DNA of 64,000 nt from an uncultured archaeon (GCA_963845175.1 CAWJRI010000012.1:13928-77927); one strand, 5' to 3'; counted from the first letter of the stretch, positions 18,901 to 26,184 are shown. Notes: generated by a model from the letters alone, not told the origin. Made by a program: numbers and translations.

Positions 18901-21242
18901 CGCATACAAATACAACAATTGAAAATTCAACAGCTGTTAACGGCAAAGTATTCAGTATGAATATTTTAGGAAATAATAATGTTGCAAGCAATAATGATGT
19001 GCTTATCAAGGATTTGAATATAAATATAACTACCCATGGAAATAATGTTGACTTAAAAAAACTGTCAATCAATAATCTAACCATTGCGTTAGTTATTGTC
19101 GGAGGCTCGAACAACACCATCGAATCAAATAATGCAAAATATCATAATGCAAAATTATGGATCAGATCAGACGCAACAGATTATACAAAAATACATGACA
19201 CTGTTTTTGACTATAATTTTGTCTCATCCATTGGGCTAATGAATGCCAATAAAACCACAGTAAAAAACAATGTATTGACAATGGAAAATGCCGGCTTCGG
19301 CCTTGATATTATTCATGATGCATTTTATTCGACAAATATCACAAGGCTAATTTTCGGAGGAGTCGGCCTTATTAGCTCAAACAACAACACCATAGTCAAC
19401 AATTCGTTCATAGGCAACTCGCCTACTGCAAGCATCTCATTAACTCCCGCAAACGCAAAAAACAACACAATCAGCATAATTTATACGCTTCTGCTTGCAA
19501 TGCATAACTCCACTAATAATTATTTCGCAAACAACACAATTGTAAACAACACAATAAGTGAATCATTGGCTTCGCTGTTCAGCCCTTCGCTAGGGAACAA
19601 ACTAAGCATCCAGAAGCCAGGTATTTTGATTGACTCAGACAACAACAAAATATTTTCAAACAAAGTTTACAACAGCGGAAACTTTGATGCCTGGATAAAT
19701 GGAACAAACAACTCGTTCAGGCTTAACAGCTTTCTTTCAAATGGCATCGGCGGAAAGAAAAGCTTCTACGGTTCATACTCGCCGATGCACTACAATGGAG
19801 AGTATTTCAACGATACATATGGTTTTGTCGTCATAGGATCCGGCATTCAGGTTGTAACAGTAGACAACACATTAATAACACCAGCAAATGGCACCAACAA
19901 TTATGATCTTATGCTGTTCAACGACACAGTGGGTGCACTTGGAAATGGAACTGGAAAAATGTCAACCGCATTCTGTATAGGATGTTATGCTGGCGGCATA
20001 ATCAATTGCAGCGCTTTAGATGCTGCGCTTAGCTCTCCAGGTGCCTGCCGCTATTACAAACACAATGCGCTTGTAGGCCAGGGCGCTGGACAGGATTATT
20101 TGTTCAATGACATCTTCAACTCCACTTATTATGTGATACATAGCTACACTTCGCCACCTTCGATAAATTTGAAGGACTTCAGCAATAATTACTGCGTCGC
20201 TGGCGAAGGAAACTTCTATGAAGAATCGATACCTATGTCTAGAATCGGCTCGAATGACTGCGGTCTCAGCAATTTGACAAGCCCAACCGCAGGGAACTAC
20301 AACGACGGAACAGTAAAAATAAACTGGACAAGGCAGAGCGCCATGAGCACTGTAACCTATGACATCTTGCTTAACAGAACATGGACAGGAGTTGAAACGC
20401 TCCTTGCAAGAACTGTGGGGCTTAACTACCTCTGGAATACCACTGGCTACGAACCAGGCATTTACAGCATAAGGCTTGTTCCATGGATAGTCGGAAGCAG
20501 GCATAACGCGACAAATGCAAAAAGTGAAGAATTTGACCTAAACGGCACGATTCCTGCGACACCTTTGTTAATTTCGCCGGCAAACGATTCAACTCTGATC
20601 GACAGGACACCGACGATGAACTGGACAACTGTAGCAGGCAGCGGAATCACGTATCAGCTGCTGGTTGATAATGACACATCATTCGCTTCACCCGAAATAA
20701 ACGTCACAATCTCTGACACAAATTACACGCCGCTGACTGACATGAAGTTTGGAACGCACAACTGGAAAGTAAGGGCTTACAGAGGGGTTTTATATAGCAG
20801 TTTCAGCACGCAGAGGAATTTCACAATAATCACAAGCATCAGCTGCTCGCTGCCTGTGGCTGCTATTAATTTTGGAAATATAGATAAGGATGCAATTAAG
20901 AATACACAGAGCGAGAATCCTGCACCAATGATTGTCCGGAACAACGGAAACCTGAAACTCAACATTTCAATCAATTCAACTGACTTGTGGAAGTCACAAC
21001 CGAATCCGTCATCCTACTACCAGTTCAGGATCGACAAGAATGAAAGCAATGCATGGGATTCTGCGCTTAATGATTCATGGCACAATCTAGTCAAGACAAC
21101 TCCGCTGGTGGCAATCAGCGGACTGAAATACCATAGCGAAAGCAATTCAGCGGAAATCGAGCTTCAGATAACAGGACCGCCTGATGAAGGTGCAGGATCA
21201 AAGAAATCACAATTAAATGTGTGGTGCAGCCAAGATGAATAA
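6936..21242 (+). CDS. Giant (4,768 aa) N-terminally anchored surface protein: SHOCT-like cytoplasmic head, one TM, a sequon-rich stalk, ~10 LamG (concanavalin-A-like lectin) modules, Ig/FN3-like domains, a right-handed parallel beta-helix (PbH1) region and a C-terminal beta-sandwich
   Basis: A single uninterrupted ORF. Start taken at ATG 6936 (MNEDKLSELEKRFEE), because the first 18 aa of the track ORF are the HTH gene in another frame. TM is LAIGIAVLVVLIGLFFLV. LamG hallmarks (WTH.A.TY.G....YI[ND]G, GKIDNVRIYNR.LS..[EQ]IKALY) recur 10 times. Beta-helix repeats (N.TIKNC.L.N...GIY...S.NN.I.NN) span about 17540-19760. N-x-S/T sequons are abundant throughout. Confidence 0.9.
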   Translation: MNEDKLSELEKRFEECKLSLTEYDILKEKLIKKYDLAEPAKPPRIEKKKPRKLAIGIAVLVVLIGLFFLVKAPSFTGLFMQNVSNETNASINISVVLNESQINETLNVSIKNIGLENITENLTSNNSIKNISLENKIKKIIPKTALDKLNDKFNGINFEKDKNYLKIKHKKAEIRLKGANESEIKEVQVASEDEIKIKNKKASFGTPVVAINSINITNATIILDKEGPVNRIVYCPDWNFTGESCSAWVETNIPFTDLGDKISFTVTHFTAYAGSFVTNVASEWDAGLFTNTEKLGNVTILSGANTTGTYLSYVYRNGTTANDAVIVDWTKLAWVDDYNGTTHYQEAPVRSGMVGYWKLNNNTLDSSTKHNNMTSYEATPTTECVFGTGNCAYDFGGTSSYMTALNSADFDFGTGDFTVEVWVYPTGDPSSMEEIINKADSTSYAPFRILRVPTGGGLNYLMSNTAGSWVTYGGVWYGDSAYAPLNKWTHIVLTRNSGTAHFYVNGVQVSSMSANYQVYNDASEVAIGRLLHYGTPYWFQGKIDNVIIYKDKGLTQDEVKEEYARGAKELNITLAYRTTNLTQEVYNTSGLLGWWKLDENATDFSGNGNNGNIVGAAKIGGYFNNSYMFDLAYLKYIDVGTGLNAQTVMTLEAWVNPHSGYSHIGGIISKYQQGASPAGSYYMDIDDALHPNYAFYGLSPSCAGSVTSYTFPTDKWTYYAITYDGSKVITYINGNDIDERACSGTITQSSATVWIGNLNQPAYYYNYYGKIDSARVYNRSLSAEEIKYNYWHANFTGRNFGAYKAESPATINQNAKYFQYKAKLVSNASGYTPFLEKTEANFSFTSGNTAPTQGTPKLNSTHRTNKSNENLTVYNTSTYDADGDHVTNIINWYRNGNSITALNMPFNSNNSAGAGKTKDYSGNGNNGTINGATWSATSGFDGKGAYSFDGTNDYITIPHSSSINIISGQATYSMWLKRGRSGATEVLFDKNSVTPEPVYIRFSNNDRIYIQIFANDGSYHYFFASSTSTITDTDWHLLDVVFDYDTWTNSKIYIDGVAETLYSPTQFGTQIALTNTGILTIGSPNSGADYNFNGKIDNVRIYNRALSAAQIKALYNNRTDRIVSQELNAGEIWKASITPNDGYADGLTKFSNNVTILSSANTAPTQGTPILNSTHGTNRSNENLTVYNTSTYDADGDHVTNIINWYRNGNSITALNMPFNSNNSAGAGKTKDYSGNGNNGTINGATWSATSGFDGKGAYSFDGSNDITVSDSSSLKLGRGSFTISLWLKTGYHGYQLILGKYNPTYPYEDYEISMLDASTIRGCAIDCGTSACGFGSTRFCLPVTFSIADNQWHYITYTRSGSLETFYIDGVSLGTLTQGPLNTDSTGVLHIGSTSFSGKIDNIIIYNRSLTAQEIKALYNNRTDRIVSQELNAGDIWKAAVTPNDGYTDGLTKFSNNITILSAANTAPTQGTPKLNSTHGTNRSNENLTVYNVSTYDAEGDPVTNIINWYKNGNSIMALNMPFNSNNSAGAGKTKDYSGHGNNGTVNGATWISNGGFDGKGAYSFDGSDYVSCGNRAKTVLNDRLTLEAWIKPTVGATSPIVGKDSQSPGWESYAMSLSTAGEVVMQLTNGATYSYVKSSGVVSNGVWSHVAVTWQYTGAGGMTDVSIYINGVKQTNFLVAQTGEPSTLSAATGDLRIGMLANQAYYFTGKIDNVRIYNRSLSAEQIKALYQNRTDRIVSQELNAGDIWKAAVTPNDGYSDGLTKFSNNVTIRAPAVANTASTQGTPILNSTHGTNRSNENLTVYNVSTYDAEGDPVTNIINWYRNGTSIAVLNMPFNSNNSAGAGKTKDYSGLGNNGTVNGAKWIPNGGFDGKGTYSFDGSGTYIDLGTGLNVQTEMTFEAWVMPHYPFPQIGAILSKFNQYGSPPGSYYFTIDGNLHPNYYIYGPACSGQVNSYTFPTEQWTHYAVTYNGSKAITYINGQKVDEISCSGAIQHSASSVWIGNLNQPAYYYKYFGKIDSVRLYNTSLSAAQIKALYQNRTDRIVSQELNAGDIWKAAVTPNDGYSDGLTKFSNNVTIRAPAVANTAPTQGTPILNSTHGTNRSNENLTVYNVSTYDAEGDPVTNIINWYRNGTSIAVLNMPFNSNNSAGAGKTKDYSGLGNNGTVNGATWNATAGFDGKGAYSFNGNTNNYISWTYTKPQNSFTMVAWVKATTTHEIDSLSDPLGGVSGEKYVFWPNHEANSSAGAGLSVGTNGITVYEHGDWYLPAVAEYIGNLSTHWHHIAIVYANKQPKIYLDGALVSTGGISTRTIVYAPTQMGSGSYGGFPGLIEDVRIYNSSLSAVEIKALYNNRTDRIVSQELNVGDIWKASITPNDGYSDGLTKFSNNITIKANIPPTQGTPILNSSKRLNRSNENLTVYNVSTYDADSDPVTNIINWYRNGNSIMVLNMPFNSNNSAGAGKTKDYSGHGNNGTVSGATWISDGGFDGKGAYRFNDSKSDFINLGTGSSLTIADKITLEAWIYLPDLTGYHPIISKQGYSVLRYNYAFGTSGANIYLWLDAEGGGTAGEIITTDNPITTTGWHHIVASYDGSYEAIYLDGVDVKHQVVSITLANSGTHACYIGREDYNTGISGLFNGKIDSARIYHRALTAQQIKALYNNRTDKIVSQELSAGDVWKASITPNDGYSDGLTKFSNNVTILSSAAANTPPTQGTPILNSTHRTNKSNENLTVYNVSTYDADSDPVTNIINWYRNGNSIMVLNMPFNSNNSAGAGKTKDYSGHGNNGTVDGATWSATAGFDGKGAYMFSSSYIERAYDPDFTPGTKSWTVAAWIKVPLTEGPPSFIADWYRCGANPSCGSPDSALYSLSIINNNKVNWHVRDDNSNDVSLTSSSAVADNNWHYIVGTFDPTNDLTKLYIDGAEVATNNTPLTSLSDGGVSIPLEIGRRFVTGWGSPSGYLYGKIDDVRIYSRALTAAQIKALYNNRTDRIDSQELKVGETWNASVTPNDGYADGLTEFSNSVTIKSSTPPNITKVQLHDKNKKPITNKTLVKAGENITINVTVAQTEGTVSSVWIKVWKTVANAFTTIFEGVLNLISGNLWQITITTNGSWTHGTNYTIYANDTTNIITSRNEKVFVNNLPTQGVPALSSLLRRNGTNENLTVYNTSTYDRDKDPVTNIINWYRNGTSIAMLNMPFNSNNSAGAGKTKDYSGHGNNGTVDGATWSATAGFDGKGAYSFTGTNGEYIDAGNVPGINGASALSVEAWVYVNAFSGDNGIVAKRVAGVGEGFQLISYDSGGNHFHWYPETTGTNNVASSVKNKVINTWYHVVGTYDGSYARIYVNGVLEDTQVVTGTIISSAASIWIGNYYSTDHPFDGKIDSIRIYNRALSPAQIKALYNNRTDLIVAEETKSKETWKACITPNDGYGDGPTNCSNNLTINTAPTVVLAGPANNSVWNIPPTFSWTYSDSDNDVQQEYHIIMDNDSDFSSPEINSTVVSSNNYTQIMPNNPGSYYWKVQVYDGKEWSNFSGTRKFTTTCLSPYNDMYINSNTKLCSGTFHINDSYPDGVLILNASDIILDCNNATLIGNGANYGIYVNQKNNITIKNCILKNYNYGIYSWYSNNSKIINNKFSNSTIYLSSSHYFNIISNYISASGKLIDLEGSRHTNIFNNKISKNLSIDLFTGSGSGGQIYAYHSPYTYALNNTFKYSGGIRFSWSDNSSAVNNTVTDFSTAFAGLIGVDGSNGILFEGNNITNTMGLLGALYADGSKNVIIKRNKVENNLLMMLTITNCNNITVRDNNLMSNKDAWYIKNISAIYEEITNQTFPTSLGIDGSSSFLMTLLQQLFSHVESGAFNISGGNITGVNLDAMSLLKILGPVYSTNVNNMTLVSNNLTFDSFKIMANLRANKVDVKRDDVSFGAAVAYIEGSDNIIENNSFIFNNSGVSIHSYGNVTDIENNRLNIILGSFALQGNSNRVYHNKMAIEKSGIDLNSHTNTTIENSTAVNGKVFSMNILGNNNVASNNDVLIKDLNINITTHGNNVDLKKLSINNLTIALVIVGGSNNTIESNNAKYHNAKLWIRSDATDYTKIHDTVFDYNFVSSIGLMNANKTTVKNNVLTMENAGFGLDIIHDAFYSTNITRLIFGGVGLISSNNNTIVNNSFIGNSPTASISLTPANAKNNTISIIYTLLLAMHNSTNNYFANNTIVNNTISESLASLFSPSLGNKLSIQKPGILIDSDNNKIFSNKVYNSGNFDAWINGTNNSFRLNSFLSNGIGGKKSFYGSYSPMHYNGEYFNDTYGFVVIGSGIQVVTVDNTLITPANGTNNYDLMLFNDTVGALGNGTGKMSTAFCIGCYAGGIINCSALDAALSSPGACRYYKHNALVGQGAGQDYLFNDIFNSTYYVIHSYTSPPSINLKDFSNNYCVAGEGNFYEESIPMSRIGSNDCGLSNLTSPTAGNYNDGTVKINWTRQSAMSTVTYDILLNRTWTGVETLLARTVGLNYLWNTTGYEPGIYSIRLVPWIVGSRHNATNAKSEEFDLNGTIPATPLLISPANDSTLIDRTPTMNWTTVAGSGITYQLLVDNDTSFASPEINVTISDTNYTPLTDMKFGTHNWKVRAYRGVLYSSFSTQRNFTIITSISCSLPVAAINFGNIDKDAIKNTQSENPAPMIVRNNGNLKLNISINSTDLWKSQPNPSSYYQFRIDKNESNAWDSALNDSWHNLVKTTPLVAISGLKYHSESNSAEIELQITGPPDEGAGSKKSQLNVWCSQDE
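9476..17240 (+). repeat. Eight tandem ~0.9-1.3 kb coding modules (small beta-sandwich split by a LamG domain) with 100%-identical nucleotide blocks in the linkers and divergent LamG cores
   Basis: Module starts (N[TI][AP]PTQGTP) are near 9476, 10413, 11328, 12270, 13190, 14113, 15050 and 16340. Identical blocks: 9533-9786 = 10472-10725; 12114-12528 = 13032-13446 (1 mismatch); 14184-14359 = 15120-15295; 15213-15348 = 16503-16638. Confidence 0.9.
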
Positions 21243-21876
21243 GCTGAACAGAACAGGGCTTGTGATGTTTTTGCTAGCTGTGCTTGTGTGCAGCTCTGCG
21301 CTTGCACTTGGGATAGGAACAAACAACAAGGTAATTAAATATGAGCCGAATGTTCAAAAATCAGCCAGTGTCTATATAATAAATGATGAGCATAAAGACA
21401 TGAATGTCGAAATATCTGCTGCTGGCTCGCTTGCAGAGTATGCGACAGTTCCGAACACATTATTTGTTTCGGCTTCAGAGGACATAAAGAAGTTCAGCAT
21501 TGATTTCACGCTGCCGAAAGGCCTGGAAGAAGGCGACTTAAAAGTGATTGCCTCCGAAGCAACTATTCAGAACAGTCAGATAGGCGCGAAGGTGCACGCA
21601 ATTGCAGAGGTAAAGATAGATTTCTCAACAGGTGCAGCAAAAGAAGAAAATGCAAATGTTAAGAAAGTCAATCTTGGGGAGCATCTGACAAATGTGCAAG
21701 AAGCTGATCCTTTCGGCATTAAGAAAGGGGCTGCTGCAAAATACAACATAGTAAAGGCGCTGCTAATACCCTCAATAGCAATAATTACAATAGTTATCGT
21801 AGATTTAATATTTTATTACAGAAGGAGAAAGGCAAAGCGTGGCCAGGAGCGTTTTAGCGAGCTTGGGAAGCTTTAA
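21235..21876 (+). CDS. 213-aa surface protein: signal peptide, one beta-sandwich domain, C-terminal TM and a basic tail; paralog of the N-terminal domain of the 398-aa protein
   Basis: The ATG at 21235 overlaps the giant gene's stop by 8 nt (ATGAATAA). AAGSLAEYATVPNTLFV aligns with LSGDLAEYATLSSNKVFL (398-aa protein). C-terminus IAIITIVIVDLIFYYRRRKAKR. Confidence 0.75.
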   Translation: MNKLNRTGLVMFLLAVLVCSSALALGIGTNNKVIKYEPNVQKSASVYIINDEHKDMNVEISAAGSLAEYATVPNTLFVSASEDIKKFSIDFTLPKGLEEGDLKVIASEATIQNSQIGAKVHAIAEVKIDFSTGAAKEENANVKKVNLGEHLTNVQEADPFGIKKGAAAKYNIVKALLIPSIAIITIVIVDLIFYYRRRKAKRGQERFSELGKL

Positions 21877-21951
21877 TATCCTCATAAATATTTCGTAATA
21901 TATTCAACAGAGAATAGAAAAAGATAAATAAGAGTTTGGATATTCTAACTT

Positions 21952-23544
21952 ATGCACCCTGCAAAATGGATAATAGTGACTGGAGGGGTTCTATCTGGGC
22001 TTGGTAAAGGCACTGCAGCAGCTGCCATAGGCTTGTTGATTAAGAACAATCTTAAAATTGTTACTGTCAAATGCGATGGTTATTTGAATGTGGATCCCGG
22101 GACCATGAACCCCATAGAGCACGGCGAAGTCTTTGTTCTCGATGACGGCGGCGAAGTTGACATGGATTTTGGCCACTATGAAAGGTTTCTCAATACAAAC
22201 TGCAAATTTGAGTGGAATCTTACATCGGGAAAAATATTCAATTCAGTTATTGAAAAAGAAAGAAAAGGGGAGTTCTTGGGAAAAACAATCCAGATTTACC
22301 CGCACATTGTTGATGAAATAAAGAAAAGATTTAATCAAATAGCTGAGAAGGAGAAAGCGGACATAATGCTTATAGAAATAGGAGGCACAATAGGAGACAT
22401 AGAAAATTCGTGGTTTACAGAGGCAGTGAGGCAGCTGAAAAAAGATGTTGGCCCTGAGAATATAATCTATGTTCATTTAACCTATGTCCCTTTTTTGCAT
22501 TCTGTTGGAGAGCCGAAAACAAAGCCGGCGCAAAGAGACATTGCGCTTCTGAGGGAAAAAGGAATCCAGCCCAACATAATTATCGCAAGAAGCAAGGAAA
22601 TGCTTTCAAAGAAGCACAAGGAGAAGATAGCTCTTTTCTGCGACATTGATGAAGAATGTGTCATAAGTGGAAGAGACATAGACACAATTTACGAAATTCC
22701 GTTGATGTTCAAGAAAGAAGGCATGATAGACCTTCTGGTTAAAAAACTTGGCATGAGTGCGACAGATTTGTCAGAGTGGGAGATGCTTGTTGAAAAAATT
22801 AAAAATCCAGAGCAGGTTGTCAGGGTGGCAATTTGCGGGAAATACACTGAATTAAGGGACTCCTATGCGAGCATAATTGAAGCTTTGGCGCATGCGGGAG
22901 CCCATTTGGGTGCGAAGGTTAGCCTCAAATGGGTTGAAACAACAGATATAGAAGAAGGAAAAGTAAATATCGAGGAAGCCCTAAATGATGTCAAAGGAAT
23001 CATTATACCTGGAGGTTTTGGAACAAGGGGCGCAGAAGGAAAAATAGAAATGATAAAGTATGCGCGAGAGAAAAATATTCCTTTTCTTGGACTGTGCTTT
23101 GGCTTGCAGCTGGCTGTTGTTGAGTTTGCAAGAAATGTCTGCGGCTTGGATGCAAATTCTGAAGAGGTTGATGAAAAAACAAGCAACCCGGTAATAGCTA
23201 TCCTGCCTGAGCAGATAGGAATTGATAAGAAAGGGGGCACCATGAGGCTGGGCTCGTACACTGCAAAGCTGAAAGAAGGGACATTGGTTCAAAATCTCTA
23301 CAAATCAAACGTGGCTGCCGAGAGGCACAGGCACAGGTATGAGGTAAATCCTAATTATCATGATATTCTGCAAAAAAATGGCTTGGTTTTTTCTGGGATT
23401 TCTGAAAACAGAAGGCTTGTTGAATTTATAGAGCTTCCTGAAAATAAGTTTCATGTTGCTACGCAGGCGCATCCGGAATTCAAATCAAGACTTTTGAAGC
23501 CTTCTCCCCTATTTTATGGTTTTGTCAGTGCATGTATGGGCTGA
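21952..23544 (+). CDS. pyrG: CTP synthase
   Basis: N-terminal VTGGVLSGLGKG, C-terminal glutamine amidotransferase motif GLCFGLQLAVVEFARN, 530 aa. Confidence 0.95.
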   Translation: MHPAKWIIVTGGVLSGLGKGTAAAAIGLLIKNNLKIVTVKCDGYLNVDPGTMNPIEHGEVFVLDDGGEVDMDFGHYERFLNTNCKFEWNLTSGKIFNSVIEKERKGEFLGKTIQIYPHIVDEIKKRFNQIAEKEKADIMLIEIGGTIGDIENSWFTEAVRQLKKDVGPENIIYVHLTYVPFLHSVGEPKTKPAQRDIALLREKGIQPNIIIARSKEMLSKKHKEKIALFCDIDEECVISGRDIDTIYEIPLMFKKEGMIDLLVKKLGMSATDLSEWEMLVEKIKNPEQVVRVAICGKYTELRDSYASIIEALAHAGAHLGAKVSLKWVETTDIEEGKVNIEEALNDVKGIIIPGGFGTRGAEGKIEMIKYAREKNIPFLGLCFGLQLAVVEFARNVCGLDANSEEVDEKTSNPVIAILPEQIGIDKKGGTMRLGSYTAKLKEGTLVQNLYKSNVAAERHRHRYEVNPNYHDILQKNGLVFSGISENRRLVEFIELPENKFHVATQAHPEFKSRLLKPSPLFYGFVSACMG

Positions 23545-23588
23545 CCAAAACATTTATAAACAGACTTATTTCTTTTTTAACGGGGGAA

Positions 23589-24473
23589 ATGAAAAATATA
23601 ATAGGAAAAATAACTGAAATCTATGATAAAAAATACAAAACACTACTTATATTCCCGCTAATAATGTTCATTTTATCAATTGCAGTTATTGGCGGCCTTT
23701 ACATCAAGACCGGCGATTTTTTCTACAAGGGTGTGAGCCTCAAGGGGGGCACGACAATAACTGTGCAGACAAACGAAACAGTTGATGTTGACAAGTTAAG
23801 GACGCTTTTAATCAAGGAGACAGGAGAGGATGTTGTTGTTAGGGAGCTTTCGACAACAGGCACACAGCTTGGCATAATCGTAGAGACAACTGCGCAGATT
23901 CCTGACAAGACAGTTGAAATTATAAAACAAAATGTAAAGGTTTCTACAATAAACACAGAAACAACCGGGCCAAGCCTGGGCGCAAGCTTTTTCAGGGAGG
24001 CTGTGATTGCCGTGCTTATTGCATTTGTCTTCATGGCGATTGTTATCTTGATTTATTTCAGGAATCCTGTTACAAGCGGCTACATAGTGCTCTGCGGATT
24101 GTGTGATATACTGTTCGCGTGGGCAATGACAATTGTTTTGGGCGTAAAAGTTTCAACTGCAGGAATCGCAGCCATGCTTATGCTTATCGGCTATTCAGTT
24201 GACACAGACATCCTGCTTACAACAAGGGTGCTAAAAAGAGAAGGGGATATTTTTGAAAAGATAAAGGGCGCGCTTTCTACAGGAACGACAATGACTTTTG
24301 CTGCGCTGGCTGCGACAGGAATTGCATATTTGACAATGCCTTCAGATGTCCTGAGGCAGATAATGCTTGTGCTTTTCTGGGGCCTTGTCGCTGACTTGTG
24401 GAACACCTGGATTACCAACGTTGGATTGTTAAGATTATACCTGGAAAAAAAGAATAAAAATGTCAGAACTTAA
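23589..24473 (+). CDS. secF: Protein-export membrane protein SecF
   Basis: GVSLKGGTTITV periplasmic head followed by 5-6 TM segments. Immediately precedes and overlaps secD. Start moved to ATG 23589 (GGGGGAA upstream). Confidence 0.85.
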   Translation: MKNIIGKITEIYDKKYKTLLIFPLIMFILSIAVIGGLYIKTGDFFYKGVSLKGGTTITVQTNETVDVDKLRTLLIKETGEDVVVRELSTTGTQLGIIVETTAQIPDKTVEIIKQNVKVSTINTETTGPSLGASFFREAVIAVLIAFVFMAIVILIYFRNPVTSGYIVLCGLCDILFAWAMTIVLGVKVSTAGIAAMLMLIGYSVDTDILLTTRVLKREGDIFEKIKGALSTGTTMTFAALAATGIAYLTMPSDVLRQIMLVLFWGLVADLWNTWITNVGLLRLYLEKKNKNVRT

Positions 24474-26184
24474 AAGACTGTTCAGGAGCGGAAGGGTCAT
24501 ACTTTTAGTCATACTGCTACTTCTTTCAATAGTTGCCATTTATCCAAACTTCTGGAACAAGGGGGTTGCAATAAGATCTGTTGTAAAGGACGGGCCTGCC
24601 TACGTTGGGGGAATTCAAAGCCCGAAGCCGACAGCTTCCCCGATGTCAAGGGAAAAAATTGTTTCCATAAATAACATACCAGTAAACAATGTTAATGATT
24701 ATTATGGTGTGATTGGCAAGCTTGCCTATAATGTCAGCGCCCAGGTAAGGACAAACAAGGGTACATACATGGTCAGGCCTGAATACAGTTTCACGCTTGT
24801 TACGACAAATGAGACTGAAAAGCTTAACAAAACAGTAGAAGTTTTTGATGAGAAACTAAATAAAACAATAAACAAGACAGAATCCTATGAAGCACCAAAG
24901 GAAAAGAAAGTTTATTCTAATGAACTGTGGTTTGGCTTGAGTGTTTACGATGCTCCAACAACAAACATAAGAAAAGGCCTTGACTTGGAAGGTGGGACAA
25001 GAGTTTTATTGCAGCCGGCAGAAAAGGTAAGCAAGGATACGCTTGATACAATGATAATGAGCATGGAGCAGAGGCTTAATGTCTATGGAATAAGCGATGT
25101 AACAATAAGTCCTGTAACAGATCTTTCAGGCAACCAGTTTATCATGGTCGAGATTGCCGGCGTAACAGAGGAAGAAGTGAGAAGCCTGCTGGAGACTCAG
25201 GGCAAGTTCGAGGCAAAGGTCGGCAATAAAAGTGTTTTCCTCGGCGGAAATGATATAACTTATGTATGCAGGACAGCTGAATGCTCTGGCTTGGACCCTT
25301 ATCATGGCTGCAGCCAGTACCAAGATGGCTGGGCATGCAGCTTCAGGTTCTCGATTGCGCTGAACCCCGCTGCTGCAAAGAGAGAGGCAGATGCAACAAA
25401 GGATTTGAGTTTAGTGACAAAATCTGGCGAGTCATATTTGAACGAGACACTTGACCTTTATCTTGATGACCAGCCAGTTGATTCCTTGAACATAGGTGCT
25501 GACTTGAAAGGCAGAGTTATCACAGACATCCAGATTTCCGGCTCAGGCACAGGCAAGCTGCAGCAGGAAGCTGCAAATGATGCGCTGCAGAACATGAAGA
25601 GGCTGCAGACAATCCTTGTAACTGGCTCGCTGCCTGTCAAGGTAAATATTGTAAAAATAGATTCGATAAGCCCTCTCCTTGGGAAAGAGTTTACAAAAAG
25701 TGCATTAATCATGGCTGTGCTTGCGACACTGGCTGTTGTCCTGATTATTTATTTGAAATACAGAGAGATAAGGATTACAATACCAATAGCAATCACATTA
25801 ATCTCTGAAATAATTATCCTGCTCGGTGTAGCATCGTTAATTGGCTGGAATCTAGATCTGGCGTCAATTGCCGGAATAATTGTTGCTGTTGGAACGGGTG
25901 TGGATGATCAGATAGTTATAACTGACGAGACATTGAAAGGGGATGCTGCAAGGCTGCTGAGCTGGAAGGAGAAATTCAAGAGGGCTTTCTTCATAATAAT
26001 GGCTGCCTACTTTACTGTATTAGTTTCAATGATTCCATTGCTTTTTGCAGGAGCTGGCCTGCTGAAAGGATTTGCAATAACAACAATAATAGGAATTTCA
26101 GTCGGCGTTTTCATAACAAGGCCTGCCTACGCAGCCATTGTCGAGATTATCCTAAGGCACAAGGAAGAAGTTAAAGCCAGCTGA
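24460..26184 (+). CDS. secD: Protein-export membrane protein SecD
   Basis: GLDLEGGTRVLLQP motif, large extracytoplasmic domain, C-terminal 6-TM bundle, 14-nt overlap with secF. Confidence 0.85.
   Translation: MSELKRLFRSGRVILLVILLLLSIVAIYPNFWNKGVAIRSVVKDGPAYVGGIQSPKPTASPMSREKIVSINNIPVNNVNDYYGVIGKLAYNVSAQVRTNKGTYMVRPEYSFTLVTTNETEKLNKTVEVFDEKLNKTINKTESYEAPKEKKVYSNELWFGLSVYDAPTTNIRKGLDLEGGTRVLLQPAEKVSKDTLDTMIMSMEQRLNVYGISDVTISPVTDLSGNQFIMVEIAGVTEEEVRSLLETQGKFEAKVGNKSVFLGGNDITYVCRTAECSGLDPYHGCSQYQDGWACSFRFSIALNPAAAKREADATKDLSLVTKSGESYLNETLDLYLDDQPVDSLNIGADLKGRVITDIQISGSGTGKLQQEAANDALQNMKRLQTILVTGSLPVKVNIVKIDSISPLLGKEFTKSALIMAVLATLAVVLIIYLKYREIRITIPIAITLISEIIILLGVASLIGWNLDLASIAGIIVAVGTGVDDQIVITDETLKGDAARLLSWKEKFKRAFFIIMAAYFTVLVSMIPLLFAGAGLLKGFAITTIIGISVGVFITRPAYAAIVEIILRHKEEVKAS

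Noticed and set aside
7424-20974. About 25 short ORFs (60-162 aa) on both strands inside the giant gene, for example 7572..8045 and 20016..20504
   Set aside because: All lie within one continuous 14.3-kb frame that has strong domain logic. Their translations are Cys/Arg/Leu-rich nonsense typical of off-frame reads.
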